Part shown: piece after piece, positions 37,340 through 46,969 of the stretch
How the letters are laid out: every line of letters starts with the position of its first letter
How positions within the stretch are numbered: position 1 is the stretch's first letter
Made by a program: the position numbers and the translations under genes
DNA from: a virus
Length of the DNA stretch: 64,000 nt
Strand: one strand, 5' to 3'
Virus record (IMG/VR): IMGVR_UViG_3300020042_011666
Span: 1-64,000 of that record
Notes under the pieces: model-generated
Told to the model about the DNA's origin: nothing
Database searches by the model: none
Seen by the model: only the letters and a program-made list of their open reading frames with translations

Positions 37340-37720
37340 TTATCCTATAAAATCATCTAAGTGATCTGGTATTCCGTCTCCGTCTACATCACAAATTTCG
37401 ATGTATCCAAATGCTTTCATAAAATTAGCAACTCGGTCTTTCAAGTCATTATCTGTATCTTCAAACCAATCTTCTTTTAAGCGGTCATGTTCTAAAACAC
37501 TAGTTAATGCCTCGTACATTTTATCAACATTTTCAACTAAGTAAATGTCTGATGCTGCAAAATCTAGACTGAAAGCATGATCATCGATTTGGGGGATAGA
37601 TAAGATTAAATCGGTTTTACCAATTTTCTTTTCTTTTAGAGTCATTTCTTTTCCAAACTTGTGGAAATATTCACCTACATAAATGTAACCTGAACCCTCG
37701 GGTAGTGTAAATTCGCTCAT
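37340..37720 (-). CDS. T5orf172/GIY-YIG-like protein with C-terminal Ca-binding (TSP3-like) motif
   Basis: GYIY...KIGKT...DWF; DVDGDGIPDHLD. Confidence 0.45.
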   Translation of the reverse strand: MSEFTLPEGSGYIYVGEYFHKFGKEMTLKEKKIGKTDLILSIPQIDDHAFSLDFAASDIYLVENVDKMYEALTSVLEHDRLKEDWFEDTDNDLKDRVANFMKAFGYIEICDVDGDGIPDHLDDFIG

Positions 37721-37721
37721 A

Positions 37722-38549
37722 TTATTTTAATAAGTTATAGTATTCTTTAAAATGTTTAATTCTATCTGCTAGTCCAATTGTACCACCATTAACACGTTTA
37801 GTTACAGCAGTAACAGTTGCATCATCGGCACCACGATCACAAATACCCCAAAGTTTATTTGTATCAAAAAACCAAGCAGCCGAGGCTAATGGGTATTTAG
37901 TTGCCACTAGGTCTGGGTTGTTAGTTGTGTCTTCAGGTACGAATTTATCAAATGCCATGTAATTTGCTTTACCCGTTAATTGGATATAACCACGTCCTCT
38001 ATATTTAAATCCCTCACCTGTTGCCTCAGCACCATTACCCATTCTACCTCCATAGACGCGAGCTGCGATTTTTTCTGGTTTACGAGCATATTGTTCAGCT
38101 AATGCTAATGTTGGGAAATATTTTCCAAATATACCCTGTAATCCTTTTGAAGAGTAGTTTAAATTCTCTTGAACGGCTTTAAATCCACCTGATTCATGTC
38201 CGCACTGGGCTAAGAAATGAGCCAAACGTAATGGATTTGTAATGTTAAATTTAGCAGCCGTGTCGGGGATTTGAGCAATAACTGAGTCAGGAATATGTCC
38301 TTTTAGTTTATCTAATTTAAATGAGCTAGGAGCAACAGTAACTGGAGCAGCAACTGGTGCGGCTGTGGGTGGGAATAATTTATTCCATGTACCATCACCT
38401 ACGAGTCCATCAGCGACCAAACCATTAGCGGCTTGATATTTTTTAACTGCCTCTTCGGTTTTAGGTCCAAATGTACCTACTGCCTCTACGCCTAACCTGA
38501 CTTGTAATTGTTTTACAAAGTCATTATTATCACCTTTTTTTAATAACAT
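37722..38549 (-). CDS. Endolysin: peptidoglycan-binding domain + GH19 catalytic domain
   Basis: LKKG...LQ...FGPKT...YQ..NGLVADG; AHFLAQCGHESG; YRGRGYIQLTG; TKRVNGG; start moved to MLLKKG. Confidence 0.92.
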   Translation of the reverse strand: MLLKKGDNNDFVKQLQVRLGVEAVGTFGPKTEEAVKKYQAANGLVADGLVGDGTWNKLFPPTAAPVAAPVTVAPSSFKLDKLKGHIPDSVIAQIPDTAAKFNITNPLRLAHFLAQCGHESGGFKAVQENLNYSSKGLQGIFGKYFPTLALAEQYARKPEKIAARVYGGRMGNGAEATGEGFKYRGRGYIQLTGKANYMAFDKFVPEDTTNNPDLVATKYPLASAAWFFDTNKLWGICDRGADDATVTAVTKRVNGGTIGLADRIKHFKEYYNLLK

Positions 38550-38551
38550 AA

Positions 38552-38788
38552 TTAACCTTCGTTGTTGTCTTTTTTTCCCTTGTTTCCCCAAATTTTATCT
38601 ACTGAAGATAAACCTAAGCATCCAAATGCCAATAACGCTACGCTATCAACTAATACGGGTGCAGGGGCAATATGGGCTTCTGAAAATGAGTTGTGGTACA
38701 TTGTAGCACATAAAGCTACAGTACATAATAATCCGCAAAGTCTCTTCATAGAGATTTTACCTGTTTCGTCAAAAAATAGTTGTTTCAT
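38552..38788 (-). CDS. Putative holin
   Basis: Two TM segments, charged tail, immediately upstream of the endolysin. Confidence 0.6.
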   Translation of the reverse strand: MKQLFFDETGKISMKRLCGLLCTVALCATMYHNSFSEAHIAPAPVLVDSVALLAFGCLGLSSVDKIWGNKGKKDNNEG

Positions 38789-38789
38789 A

Positions 38790-39236
38790 TTATAGTTGTT
38801 TAGTTGTTTCTTTTAGTGATGACTGTAACGCTTTTGAAAATGCTTTCCGGTTAAGTGGAATCTCATTTCCTTCAACTTCTAAAAACATAGCAAAAATGAA
38901 AGTACGTCTTTCACCTCTACCTTTGAAACAACCTGAACCAATACAAGTACTGGTTTCAACAATATAATCTTTTCTCAACCATTTCATCCCCATAATGTTA
39001 AGAATTTGTTGTGGCGAGTAAATACTATCAATAGTTACTTGAACAGGAAAACCCAATGAATCATTTGGTGTATATCCTTTTTCAATTAATAATTCCTCAA
39101 CTGTTTCTTTAACACCAAAAGTAACATCTCTACCTCCAATTGTTTGAATGCGTTGAACGTTATTTACATGTACGTTCACTTTAGTAGTGTCTATTGGAGA
39201 TAAAAATAACAATATTGGGGTAATAAAATTTATCAT
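38790..39236 (-). CDS. Exported CsgG-like (short) protein
   Basis: Hydrophobic N-terminus; aligns by eye with 41787..42473 (RDVTFGVKETVEELL vs KNVGLGFAESVLDYL; AFSKALQSSL vs TVGKATRKSL). Confidence 0.5.
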   Translation of the reverse strand: MINFITPILLFLSPIDTTKVNVHVNNVQRIQTIGGRDVTFGVKETVEELLIEKGYTPNDSLGFPVQVTIDSIYSPQQILNIMGMKWLRKDYIVETSTCIGSGCFKGRGERRTFIFAMFLEVEGNEIPLNRKAFSKALQSSLKETTKQL

Positions 39237-39241
39237 CTATT

Positions 39242-39248
39242 ATAAATA
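39242..39248 (-). promoter_or_regulatory. TATTTAT motif (putative late promoter)
   Basis: 5 nt upstream of ATG 39236. Confidence 0.45.
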
Positions 39249-40451
39249 TTAGTAAGTTACTGCTCCTGAATAACCAGGTGCAATGATATAAAGATTTAGT
39301 GTTCCACCTGATGTTAAAGTGGAGGTAGTATGGTTAGTTACTCCCGGGTAAGTTGCTCTTAGGTTAGTTGTACCAGCAACAATAGAATTATACTGGGTAG
39401 TAGTAAAAATTCTTACATCAGGAGCTATTCTCCATTTAGAAAACCTACCTGCTTTCCTTGCAGCAACGTAATATTTGTCTGCAACAGAAATTATCCCATC
39501 ATCATTTACATCAAACATATGAAATGAAAGACCTGTTTTTGCTGTCTTACCTAGTATAATATTGGAAACAGCTTGAATATCTGTTGTAGTATAAGCTTGT
39601 ATTCTAGTTGGGGCATCTACTTGAATTGTAAATTGATCTCCTGTTACCACAGTTCTTGAAAAAGAATAGTATCCTGATGAGTTTGTATTTAAGGTAGCAT
39701 CTAATGTAGTAGAAGATGTTGTAGTACTTGAGGATGTATTTATTTCCCAACTAGTACCCGAAAAAGAACCTGATGTAACTAGTGTACTTGCTAACCAAGC
39801 ACTACCTGTTGATATACCCATCACCTCTTGGTTAGAACCGTCTGCTGTAAATGTTCTCCAAACTACTATCTGCTTTGAAGCTTGGTTTTTAATAAAGTAT
39901 AAATCCCAGGTGTAGTTTACTCCTGTCTGATTGTATTTGCAGTTACCTTCGTATCTTACTCTAAACACGTCTCCGTAAGTTGCATCAGTGTAACTTTCAG
40001 TTGAAACATAAGAAACGTTGTTGTCTGAAGAACTATTATCTACAGAACCTATATGAATGGTTGGTTGATTAGGATTTGTAGCGTTTCCATTATATCCTGA
40101 ACTTGAGCTTGTTCCAAAAGTAAACCATGAGTTAGCATTTACGTGACCTGATGAATAGGTAGTACCTGCATATGAAGGACTAAACCCGGAAGGAAATGTA
40201 ACAGCAACAGAAGTTTCATCTGTATTAGTAGTAGAAAAAAGTACTGAAGTTCCTCTCCCCCTGTCAGAAGGAATACCTGATGTTATTTTAGCAAAAGTAC
40301 CTGATTTAGTAGTAGCACCGGCTGTGCTTTTGTAAATTTTTACCGGAACATTGCTCGCTCCCGATCCGTTTGCATTATAAAGATAACCTGAGTAGGTAAA
40401 TTGACCTAATATGGTATTAGTAATAAAAAATAGAACAATAATCCATCTCAT
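39249..40451 (-). CDS. Secreted dockerin-like protein with inserted beta-rich passenger domain
   Basis: Signal peptide ending ILG-Q; DVNDDGIISVAD Ca loop; paralogous to the middle of 44614..46506. Confidence 0.7.
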   Translation of the reverse strand: MRWIIVLFFITNTILGQFTYSGYLYNANGSGASNVPVKIYKSTAGATTKSGTFAKITSGIPSDRGRGTSVLFSTTNTDETSVAVTFPSGFSPSYAGTTYSSGHVNANSWFTFGTSSSSGYNGNATNPNQPTIHIGSVDNSSSDNNVSYVSTESYTDATYGDVFRVRYEGNCKYNQTGVNYTWDLYFIKNQASKQIVVWRTFTADGSNQEVMGISTGSAWLASTLVTSGSFSGTSWEINTSSSTTTSSTTLDATLNTNSSGYYSFSRTVVTGDQFTIQVDAPTRIQAYTTTDIQAVSNIILGKTAKTGLSFHMFDVNDDGIISVADKYYVAARKAGRFSKWRIAPDVRIFTTTQYNSIVAGTTNLRATYPGVTNHTTSTLTSGGTLNLYIIAPGYSGAVTY

Positions 40452-41803
40452 AATAATAATTTACCTCCCATCAATATTTGATAATTTAATATATTTTGTC
40501 CTGCAACATACGTTCCTCCTCCTGTAAGTCCAATGCCAAATGTTTTAGTTAGTTTATAAGTTAAATTTATAAATGGGATTACAATTGGTCTTGATTTAAA
40601 TAAGGATTCGGTATAATACTTTGAGTATGGTGAGTATACACATGCGGCTATTATAGTTGCATTTATAGCCTTAGTTAAATTACCTTTATACATAAAACCA
40701 CCTATAGCCAGTGTTGATATCATTTCCTCGCCATACATGTTTCCATATGTGCCCGCACCACCATATAATGCTGTAAAATTCTTAACTGAATTTACTCTAA
40801 CAAACAATGCTGTATTAGACCATGATTTAGGTAAAAAACTAAATCCATCTGATACAACGTTAATGTGTTTATTGCCTTTTGAATTAGTACCCATCCAAGA
40901 CCGCATTACAGTCATATTACCAATTTTAGCATTAACCATATAATCAGCCGAAAAGCCTAATGATGCTGTTCCATCTCCTTTTACTTTAGTAAATGACATT
41001 GTACCACGAGCATCTCTAGAACCATCATCGGCTTTTTGTACACCAACAATGTCACCTGTAACTAAGATCGCAGGTTTAGCAACTTCGGCTTTAGCTTTAT
41101 TAGCTGCTTTGGCTGTACCTGAGGATTGTGATTTTTGTGTTTCGGTTTTGGTTTCTTCTACTTTTTCGTTAGAAGGTGTTTCGGTTTTTGGTTCTTCGGT
41201 TTTACCTTGCCCCTCTCCCGATCCTGACCCGGACCCGCTGCCATTGCCACTGCCACTACCAGAGGACCCACTGCCACTGCCAGAACTGCTACCACTTGAA
41301 TTATTATTTCCATTATCAGGGGGTGGTGGGTTGTTATCTTGGGTTTGACTTGAATTGTTGTCCTCACTTGATTTATTTTCGTTTCCACCACCAACCCCTG
41401 ATGTACCTGATGAGGCACTTCCACCAACATTAACCCCTACTGATCCGATAGATCCCACATTAGCAATTGAATTTAAATTCATAACGCTGTTAACAACGTT
41501 TGATGCTAAATTCGTACTAGTTGTGGTGGTAGTAGTGGTTACTGCCCCCTGGCAAGGTGATGTTGTTTTGTATTTATTATACGTATCACTCATCCACAGA
41601 TCAAACGTACCGTTTTGCAATTCAGCGTAGCTGAATGTTTTTACTTGCCCGTAGTAGGTAACTACAATAGGACTATTCATATCTGTGGTGATGAATTTAG
41701 TCTCCTTAGTACACGGGTCAATATATGAATACATAAAGGACTGCCCTTTTAGGGACAGTCCTATCATAAATAGAAAAAATAATATTTTAGTTTTTAAAGA
41801 CAC
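40448..41803 (-). CDS. Probable outer-membrane beta-barrel protein with Gly/Ser/Asn linker
   Basis: Signal peptide ending LKG-Q, Cys-pair N-domain, disordered linker, amphipathic strands ending YQILMGGKLLL. Confidence 0.6.
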   Translation of the reverse strand: MSLKTKILFFLFMIGLSLKGQSFMYSYIDPCTKETKFITTDMNSPIVVTYYGQVKTFSYAELQNGTFDLWMSDTYNKYKTTSPCQGAVTTTTTTTSTNLASNVVNSVMNLNSIANVGSIGSVGVNVGGSASSGTSGVGGGNENKSSEDNNSSQTQDNNPPPPDNGNNNSSGSSSGSGSGSSGSGSGNGSGSGSGSGEGQGKTEEPKTETPSNEKVEETKTETQKSQSSGTAKAANKAKAEVAKPAILVTGDIVGVQKADDGSRDARGTMSFTKVKGDGTASLGFSADYMVNAKIGNMTVMRSWMGTNSKGNKHINVVSDGFSFLPKSWSNTALFVRVNSVKNFTALYGGAGTYGNMYGEEMISTLAIGGFMYKGNLTKAINATIIAACVYSPYSKYYTESLFKSRPIVIPFINLTYKLTKTFGIGLTGGGTYVAGQNILNYQILMGGKLLL

Positions 41804-42473
41804 CAGCTTTGATTAAGTTTTCGATTACTTTAGTAGTAGCAGTCTCTAAAGACTTTCTAGTGGCTTTACCTACAGTACTTTGTGAAAACTTCATATCAAG
41901 ACTTTTTAGAAATGATTCTCCTACTTTTGTCGATTCACCTTCTCCTGATCCAATATGGATCTGTCCCGTTGTAGCATCAACGAACCTAACTTGGAGACGT
42001 ATGAAAGTAGTAACAACAACTTTGCTTTTACCCTTTTCAACGGTCTCATCTTCATCAACAGCAAAATCGGCCACAGTAACATAAACAAAGTAACGAGCAG
42101 CTTTAATCTTACCCTTCCCATCAATGGGCTCTTCGAAGACTCCTTTCTTAGAGGCTTTGAATTGGGTAACCATTCTTTCCTTGATTTCTGATTTTTCTTC
42201 TGTAAATATAAATCTTCCTGTTTCATCTAAATAATCTAGTACTGATTCGGCAAATCCTAATCCAACATTCTTTTCTTGAAGGTCTGGGTATAGAGCTAAA
42301 ACTTTAGTCATGTCAACGTTGATTACCTGGACAGCATATTTCAAGCTATCTGTGTAATTTGATACTGAAGAAATATCTTTAGTTTCAATAACGTCTTGTT
42401 CGGTTGTAGTTTTCATTGAACCACATCCAATCATAATAACTAGTAAAAAAGCAATAAGGATATTTTTTACCAT
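41787..42473 (-). CDS. CsgG/HfaB-family outer-membrane lipoprotein
   Basis: Lipobox MIG-C; TGRF..TE, VTVADF, LQVRFVDATTGQI..GSG. Confidence 0.75.
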   Translation of the reverse strand: MVKNILIAFLLVIMIGCGSMKTTTEQDVIETKDISSVSNYTDSLKYAVQVINVDMTKVLALYPDLQEKNVGLGFAESVLDYLDETGRFIFTEEKSEIKERMVTQFKASKKGVFEEPIDGKGKIKAARYFVYVTVADFAVDEDETVEKGKSKVVVTTFIRLQVRFVDATTGQIHIGSGEGESTKVGESFLKSLDMKFSQSTVGKATRKSLETATTKVIENLIKAGVFKN

Positions 42474-42790
42474 GGATCTTCTTCTTTAGGTTCCGGTTTA
42501 GTAGCAGGAGCAGCAGTGGCCGCAGGTTTTTCAACTACACGCTCTTTAATAATTGTGTTTGTTCCTCCACCGGATTGCTGTTTTTGCTGGTTAGTGTTGT
42601 TGTTCTGTAAGTTGATCACAACAGGGGCAGCAGCTGCACCTTGTTCTGTTTTAGCTTCATCTTTAGGCTCTTCGCCACCGCCTAAGTGGGTTGCAAACCA
42701 GGCACCGCCGGCTGTAACTGCTGTAGTGATAGCACCAATAATTGCTTTTTTGGTAGCTGACATTACGCCTTCTTCTTTTTCTTCTGACAT
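42467..42790 (-). CDS. Single-TM protein with disordered tail
   Basis: AIIGAITTAVTAGGAWF TM; low-complexity Q/N/A/P tail. Confidence 0.6.
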   Translation of the reverse strand: MSEEKEEGVMSATKKAIIGAITTAVTAGGAWFATHLGGGEEPKDEAKTEQGAAAAPVVINLQNNNTNQQKQQSGGGTNTIIKERVVEKPAATAAPATKPEPKEEDPW

Positions 42791-42791
42791 T

Positions 42792-43076
42792 TTATTTGTT
42801 TTTTAATTCGTTTAATGCTTCTTCGACATATTTGTCTCTTTGTTCTTGTAAATATTCTATTCGCTCTAGCAGGATTTGTTTATCATCCTTAGCAGTTTGT
42901 GTTATATAAGCTTCTTTTTCTTCGTATAATTTCTGCCAATAAGCTACTCGTTCTTCCATCATCTTGCCCTGGTACCAAATTATACCTACCATAATGATGA
43001 TAGTAAAAGATTGCTCTTTTAATTTTGATAAAAAAGTATCAGCAAATCCAGAAAGCGGAGTAGATTTTTCAGACAT
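42792..43076 (-). CDS. Single-TM coiled-coil protein
   Basis: FTIIIMVGIIWY TM followed by a heptad-like helix. Confidence 0.6.
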   Translation of the reverse strand: MSEKSTPLSGFADTFLSKLKEQSFTIIIMVGIIWYQGKMMEERVAYWQKLYEEKEAYITQTAKDDKQILLERIEYLQEQRDKYVEEALNELKNK

Positions 43077-43082
43077 AGTTGA

Positions 43083-44246
43083 TTACCAGAATTTAAGTTT
43101 CTTAAATACGTTGCTTGTCTCTCTAGCAGCTCTATCAGCAGCTTCCTGAGTTTCACGAGCGATTCTTTCAGTTTCTCTCCTAGTGGCTTCAGCAGCTTCG
43201 TTAGCAAGTCTTTCTGTTTCTCTCTTAGCAGCTTTGGCAGCTTCTGCTGCTTCTCTTGCAAGTCTTTCTGTTTCTCTTTGAGCGGCAGCAGCTTGTTCTG
43301 CTAATACTCTTTCAGCTTCTTCGGCTTGACGTTTTGTTTCGGCTGCGATTCTTTCTGTTTCTTTCTGTGCTGCTTCGGCGGCTTGCCTAGCTTTTTCTTC
43401 TGCTTCTCCGTTTGCGATTGCTTCACTTAAATCGATAACTGGGTTTAAATTTATATCAACATTAACATCTGCTTCAACTCCAAGTAGTAGAGCTACATCA
43501 CCTGATATTCCAACGCTAGCAACTCCATCGTTAAGTGTTGCGTGACCTTCGCCTTCAACACCTACTTGAACACCAACACTTGCTCCAACACCACCGCCAA
43601 CTGAATTTCCGTTTACACCTACTGATCCTTCGGCTTCAACTCCAGCACCAGCACCTGCCATAGCACCACCACCAACTTCAGCTCCATGTTCACCTACTGA
43701 GGCATGACCATCAACTCCGGCATGAGCTTCTGCGTATGCACCCGCTGATCCTTCAGCTTTAGCTTCAATAACCACTTCACCTAATGGTGTATCAAGTCCT
43801 GCTTTACCAGTTGCTTCAGCACTTACTTCAACTTCTACTCTAGCACTAATTTCAGCTCCAGCTTCAACTTTAGCATCTGAGCCGTCCCATCCTGCTTCAG
43901 CATGAGCTTCAGCACTTGCCTCGGCACTAGCATGAGCTTCGGCGTGAGCATTTGCTTCTACTCCAACGCTTACGCCACCGCCTAGTTCTTGACTAGCATG
44001 GGCTTCAGCATTTGCTTCTGCATTTACTTCAGCGTGCACATTAGCTTCTACAGAGGCGGAAGCCATTGTTCCATCAATTCCTGCTTCAGCATGAGCACTT
44101 GCTTCTGCTTTTGCATCATAGGAAGCATCAACGCTTGCACCTACTTGTTCGTTTCCTGTTTGTGTAGCTACTTTATCTTTAGTTTCTACTGATTTTTTAG
44201 CCCCTGTGCTAATTTTTTTAGTTGGGGTTTGTTTTTTCTTTGCCAT
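43083..44246 (-). CDS. Ala/Gly/Val/Glu beta-hairpin-repeat protein with C-terminal coiled coil
   Basis: About 240 aa of alternating-residue strands with GxxG/DG turns, then RETERxA repeats. Confidence 0.7.
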   Translation of the reverse strand: MAKKKQTPTKKISTGAKKSVETKDKVATQTGNEQVGASVDASYDAKAEASAHAEAGIDGTMASASVEANVHAEVNAEANAEAHASQELGGGVSVGVEANAHAEAHASAEASAEAHAEAGWDGSDAKVEAGAEISARVEVEVSAEATGKAGLDTPLGEVVIEAKAEGSAGAYAEAHAGVDGHASVGEHGAEVGGGAMAGAGAGVEAEGSVGVNGNSVGGGVGASVGVQVGVEGEGHATLNDGVASVGISGDVALLLGVEADVNVDINLNPVIDLSEAIANGEAEEKARQAAEAAQKETERIAAETKRQAEEAERVLAEQAAAAQRETERLAREAAEAAKAAKRETERLANEAAEATRRETERIARETQEAADRAARETSNVFKKLKFW

Positions 44247-44250
44247 ATTT

Positions 44251-44610
44251 TTATCCTTCTAGTGTGCTTGATAATGTTTGACCATCTTCTTCGTCTACTT
44301 TCTGAATTAGCATTTTATCTCTATCTTCAGAATTAAACCAATAGTCAATAACTTTGTTTAAGTTACCAACAAAAGCACCTAATAAAATTAGTAACATTTC
44401 TTTCCAATCTTCTCCGATTGATGCCCCTAAAAATACAGCTGCGTTGATACCAACGATGATTAATGTAAACAATCCTAATACGATAGCGGTAATTTTCCAG
44501 CGATTAGATTGCATTTGTTGTAACATAAAGTAAAAACGATTCTTATCGTCTACTGAAACGAACTCAGATTTTGGGCTGAGTACATCCTTAATTGTGTCTT
44601 TAATTCCCAT
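44251..44610 (-). CDS. Two-TM membrane protein (holin-like)
   Basis: Two TM helices ending VIDYWFNS. Confidence 0.6.
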   Translation of the reverse strand: MGIKDTIKDVLSPKSEFVSVDDKNRFYFMLQQMQSNRWKITAIVLGLFTLIIVGINAAVFLGASIGEDWKEMLLILLGAFVGNLNKVIDYWFNSEDRDKMLIQKVDEEDGQTLSSTLEG

Positions 44611-44613
44611 ATT

Positions 44614-46506
44614 TTATTTGTTTATAATTATTTTTGAAGTTGAAATTTTAGTATCTGTTTTAACTGATAGAAGGTAGAAACCGTTATCTAGCTTAGTTAA
44701 GTTAACAACGTATTTGTAATCTCCTGCAGGCATTTTAGTGTTTAGTACCTCCAGTACCTTTCTTCCAATTAGATCACTAACCATTACTTCGGTTTGTGAT
44801 TCTTGTTCTACTTTAAATTGAACATTGATTATTCCATCGTTTGGATTTGGAAACACTAATAAGTCTTTAAGTTCGGCGAGCTTGATTGTTTTTTTAACTC
44901 TCCTCACTTCTACTACTCCCATGGCCGGTGTAATATTCATATCCCTTGCATCATTACCTCCAACGTATTTAGGCCCAGTCCAGATAGCGGCTGTTGCCCA
45001 ACTGTCTTGAGGTTTTTTAGCAATGAATTGAAGGCTAAATACATTCTCACCGTCATTCACTAATTGATTTCCTTTTAAGTCAGCAGCACCAAATGCAACT
45101 ACTCCGTTAGATGGGTTAGTGTATGAAGTCCAGTTCATCATCTTTTCAGTCAAGTCGATTTTCTTAAACTCTAATAATGCTGTATCATACTTTAATTCTA
45201 ATTGAATTGCTCCTAATTGTTTTCCGTCAGTAAGCATTCTTACAGGAACGTTAACTAAGTTACCTTCATCAACTTTAATTTTAGGCATATTAACTTCAAT
45301 AGTCTCAGTTACATCGTCGTACTGAACTGTGTTATCGATAATATAGCTTTTAGCATTAGCGTAGTTGGTGATTTTAATAGGGGTCAAACGAGCCATTTTA
45401 AAGCCTGTTGCATTAGCATCTCCTTTAACAGCTACATAATAAGTGATAGAATCTCTTCCATCTACTGAGTATGTGAAGTTATTAACTGTTGAGTAAGTAG
45501 AAGTCAAGTTAGAGCTTGCTCCGTTGATTGCATTGTATTCGGCAACTGTAAAGAACATTACATCCTTTTTAGAGTTAGGCCAAGCAGAGAATCTACCTGC
45601 TAATCTTCCATATACTGAATAAACGTCTGCAATGCTAATTAAACCATCAGTTCCGTTAACGTCCATTGTGTAGTAATCAAATCCTGCAGGAGTGTATTGA
45701 CCTAAGATAGATTGATTGATCTTCTGTGCATCTGCAGTAGAGAATACGTTACCAGGAGTCATTGTATCTCCTTTAACTACTATTCTAACATCCCAGTAAG
45801 TAGTATCTAAGAATTTTCTAAATACTGTAACTCCGTTAGAGTTAGTTTTTTGTGCTGCAATTTGAGTCCAGGTAGAAGAACCTTTAGCTCTTTTTTCTAA
45901 ACTAACTGTTAAGTTCTTAGCATCTGAACCTGTAACGTTCTTGAACTTAGTAGCAAATCTTAACACCTTCTGATTGAAGCGACCACCATAAGAGTAAACT
46001 ACCAAAGTAGTATCATTACCCCAGTTCGTAGCAGCTCTGTTAGAGAATGATTTAACACCTGCAACTTTTAAAGTCTTAATAGAATCTAAACTGTTCCAAG
46101 TAGACTCACCAGCATGGGTGAAAGTTAAATCAAAGGTTGCTCCATTAGAGTAGTTAAAGGTTGAGTTAGTACCTGTGTAAGCTAAAGTAACTGTTAAGAA
46201 TCCTTGTGTGTTACTATCTACATACTGAAGGTATTGGTCAGTAGTAGAGATTTTTAAGGTAGGTACAACAGCAGTAAATGCAGTGTTATCGTAGAATACA
46301 CGAAACTGCACACCTGTAATTTTCTCAGAAGTAGAAGTGTTGTAGAAATGTAAAGGGGCAACAGTCTGTCCGACAGTAGTGGTTGCTACTTGATAACCAG
46401 AATCAATTACCACCCAGTGCCCTGTTCCAGGTGATGTTGAAGATGATTGTGCCGATACTCCGAAAACGGCAACAGCCGTCAGAAGGAATGAGATGAGTTT
46501 TTTCAT
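44614..46506 (-). CDS. T9SS-sorted cohesin/dockerin-like scaffold protein
   Basis: Signal peptide ending VSA-Q; two cohesin-like units (ITGVQFRVFYD; NVPV..LGAIQLELKYD); DVNGTDGLISIAD; CTD VFPNP...DLIGRKV...LDNGFYLL...KIIINK. Confidence 0.82.
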   Translation of the reverse strand: MKKLISFLLTAVAVFGVSAQSSSTSPGTGHWVVIDSGYQVATTTVGQTVAPLHFYNTSTSEKITGVQFRVFYDNTAFTAVVPTLKISTTDQYLQYVDSNTQGFLTVTLAYTGTNSTFNYSNGATFDLTFTHAGESTWNSLDSIKTLKVAGVKSFSNRAATNWGNDTTLVVYSYGGRFNQKVLRFATKFKNVTGSDAKNLTVSLEKRAKGSSTWTQIAAQKTNSNGVTVFRKFLDTTYWDVRIVVKGDTMTPGNVFSTADAQKINQSILGQYTPAGFDYYTMDVNGTDGLISIADVYSVYGRLAGRFSAWPNSKKDVMFFTVAEYNAINGASSNLTSTYSTVNNFTYSVDGRDSITYYVAVKGDANATGFKMARLTPIKITNYANAKSYIIDNTVQYDDVTETIEVNMPKIKVDEGNLVNVPVRMLTDGKQLGAIQLELKYDTALLEFKKIDLTEKMMNWTSYTNPSNGVVAFGAADLKGNQLVNDGENVFSLQFIAKKPQDSWATAAIWTGPKYVGGNDARDMNITPAMGVVEVRRVKKTIKLAELKDLLVFPNPNDGIINVQFKVEQESQTEVMVSDLIGRKVLEVLNTKMPAGDYKYVVNLTKLDNGFYLLSVKTDTKISTSKIIINK

Positions 46507-46964
46507 TTTTGTATATTAGTTAGTTGTCTTATTGCATGTTGTTTTAACCAAGGTTCAGGATTATTAAGCTTATCAATGAAGGTAAGCTCATACCTGTAAC
46601 ACCACGCTTCCTCTTGTTCAGGAGCAATGATGTATCCTTTTTGTAAAACATGCAAATGTAAACTCTCATGAACTAACACTACAGCGAGGTTGTTAATTGA
46701 ATTTAATTTTACATCTTTAACAGCAACTAATATAGTTCCTTTATTTCCATAACTTCCATCATTAGATGAGAACCCTGAAGACCAAAACTCTACTTTATTG
46801 CAAACACTGTCAATCAACTGATATTTTTCAATATCGGTTTTTTGAATTAAGGCTAATGCTGAGTCTATTTTTTGGTCCCATCCGTCACCTGCTTTGTCCA
46901 CTTTAATTTGGGAAAACGATATTGAGGGAAACAAGAATAATATAATAGACAACAGTAACTGCAT
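46503..46964 (-). CDS. Secreted HExxH zinc metalloprotease-like protein
   Basis: Signal peptide ending SFS-Q; LVHESLH...EEAWCY. Confidence 0.7.
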   Translation of the reverse strand: MQLLLSIILFLFPSISFSQIKVDKAGDGWDQKIDSALALIQKTDIEKYQLIDSVCNKVEFWSSGFSSNDGSYGNKGTILVAVKDVKLNSINNLAVVLVHESLHLHVLQKGYIIAPEQEEAWCYRYELTFIDKLNNPEPWLKQHAIRQLTNIQK

Positions 46965-46969
46965 CTATC

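Noticed and set aside
41220-41310. CTGCCA-type tandem repeats as a contingency locus or array
   Set aside because: They simply encode the Gly-Ser linker of the beta-barrel protein
42467-43076. Canonical i-spanin/o-spanin pair
   Set aside because: The TM coiled-coil ORF could be i-spanin-like, but no overlapping small Pro-rich lipoprotein was found; the adjacent lipoprotein is CsgG-like
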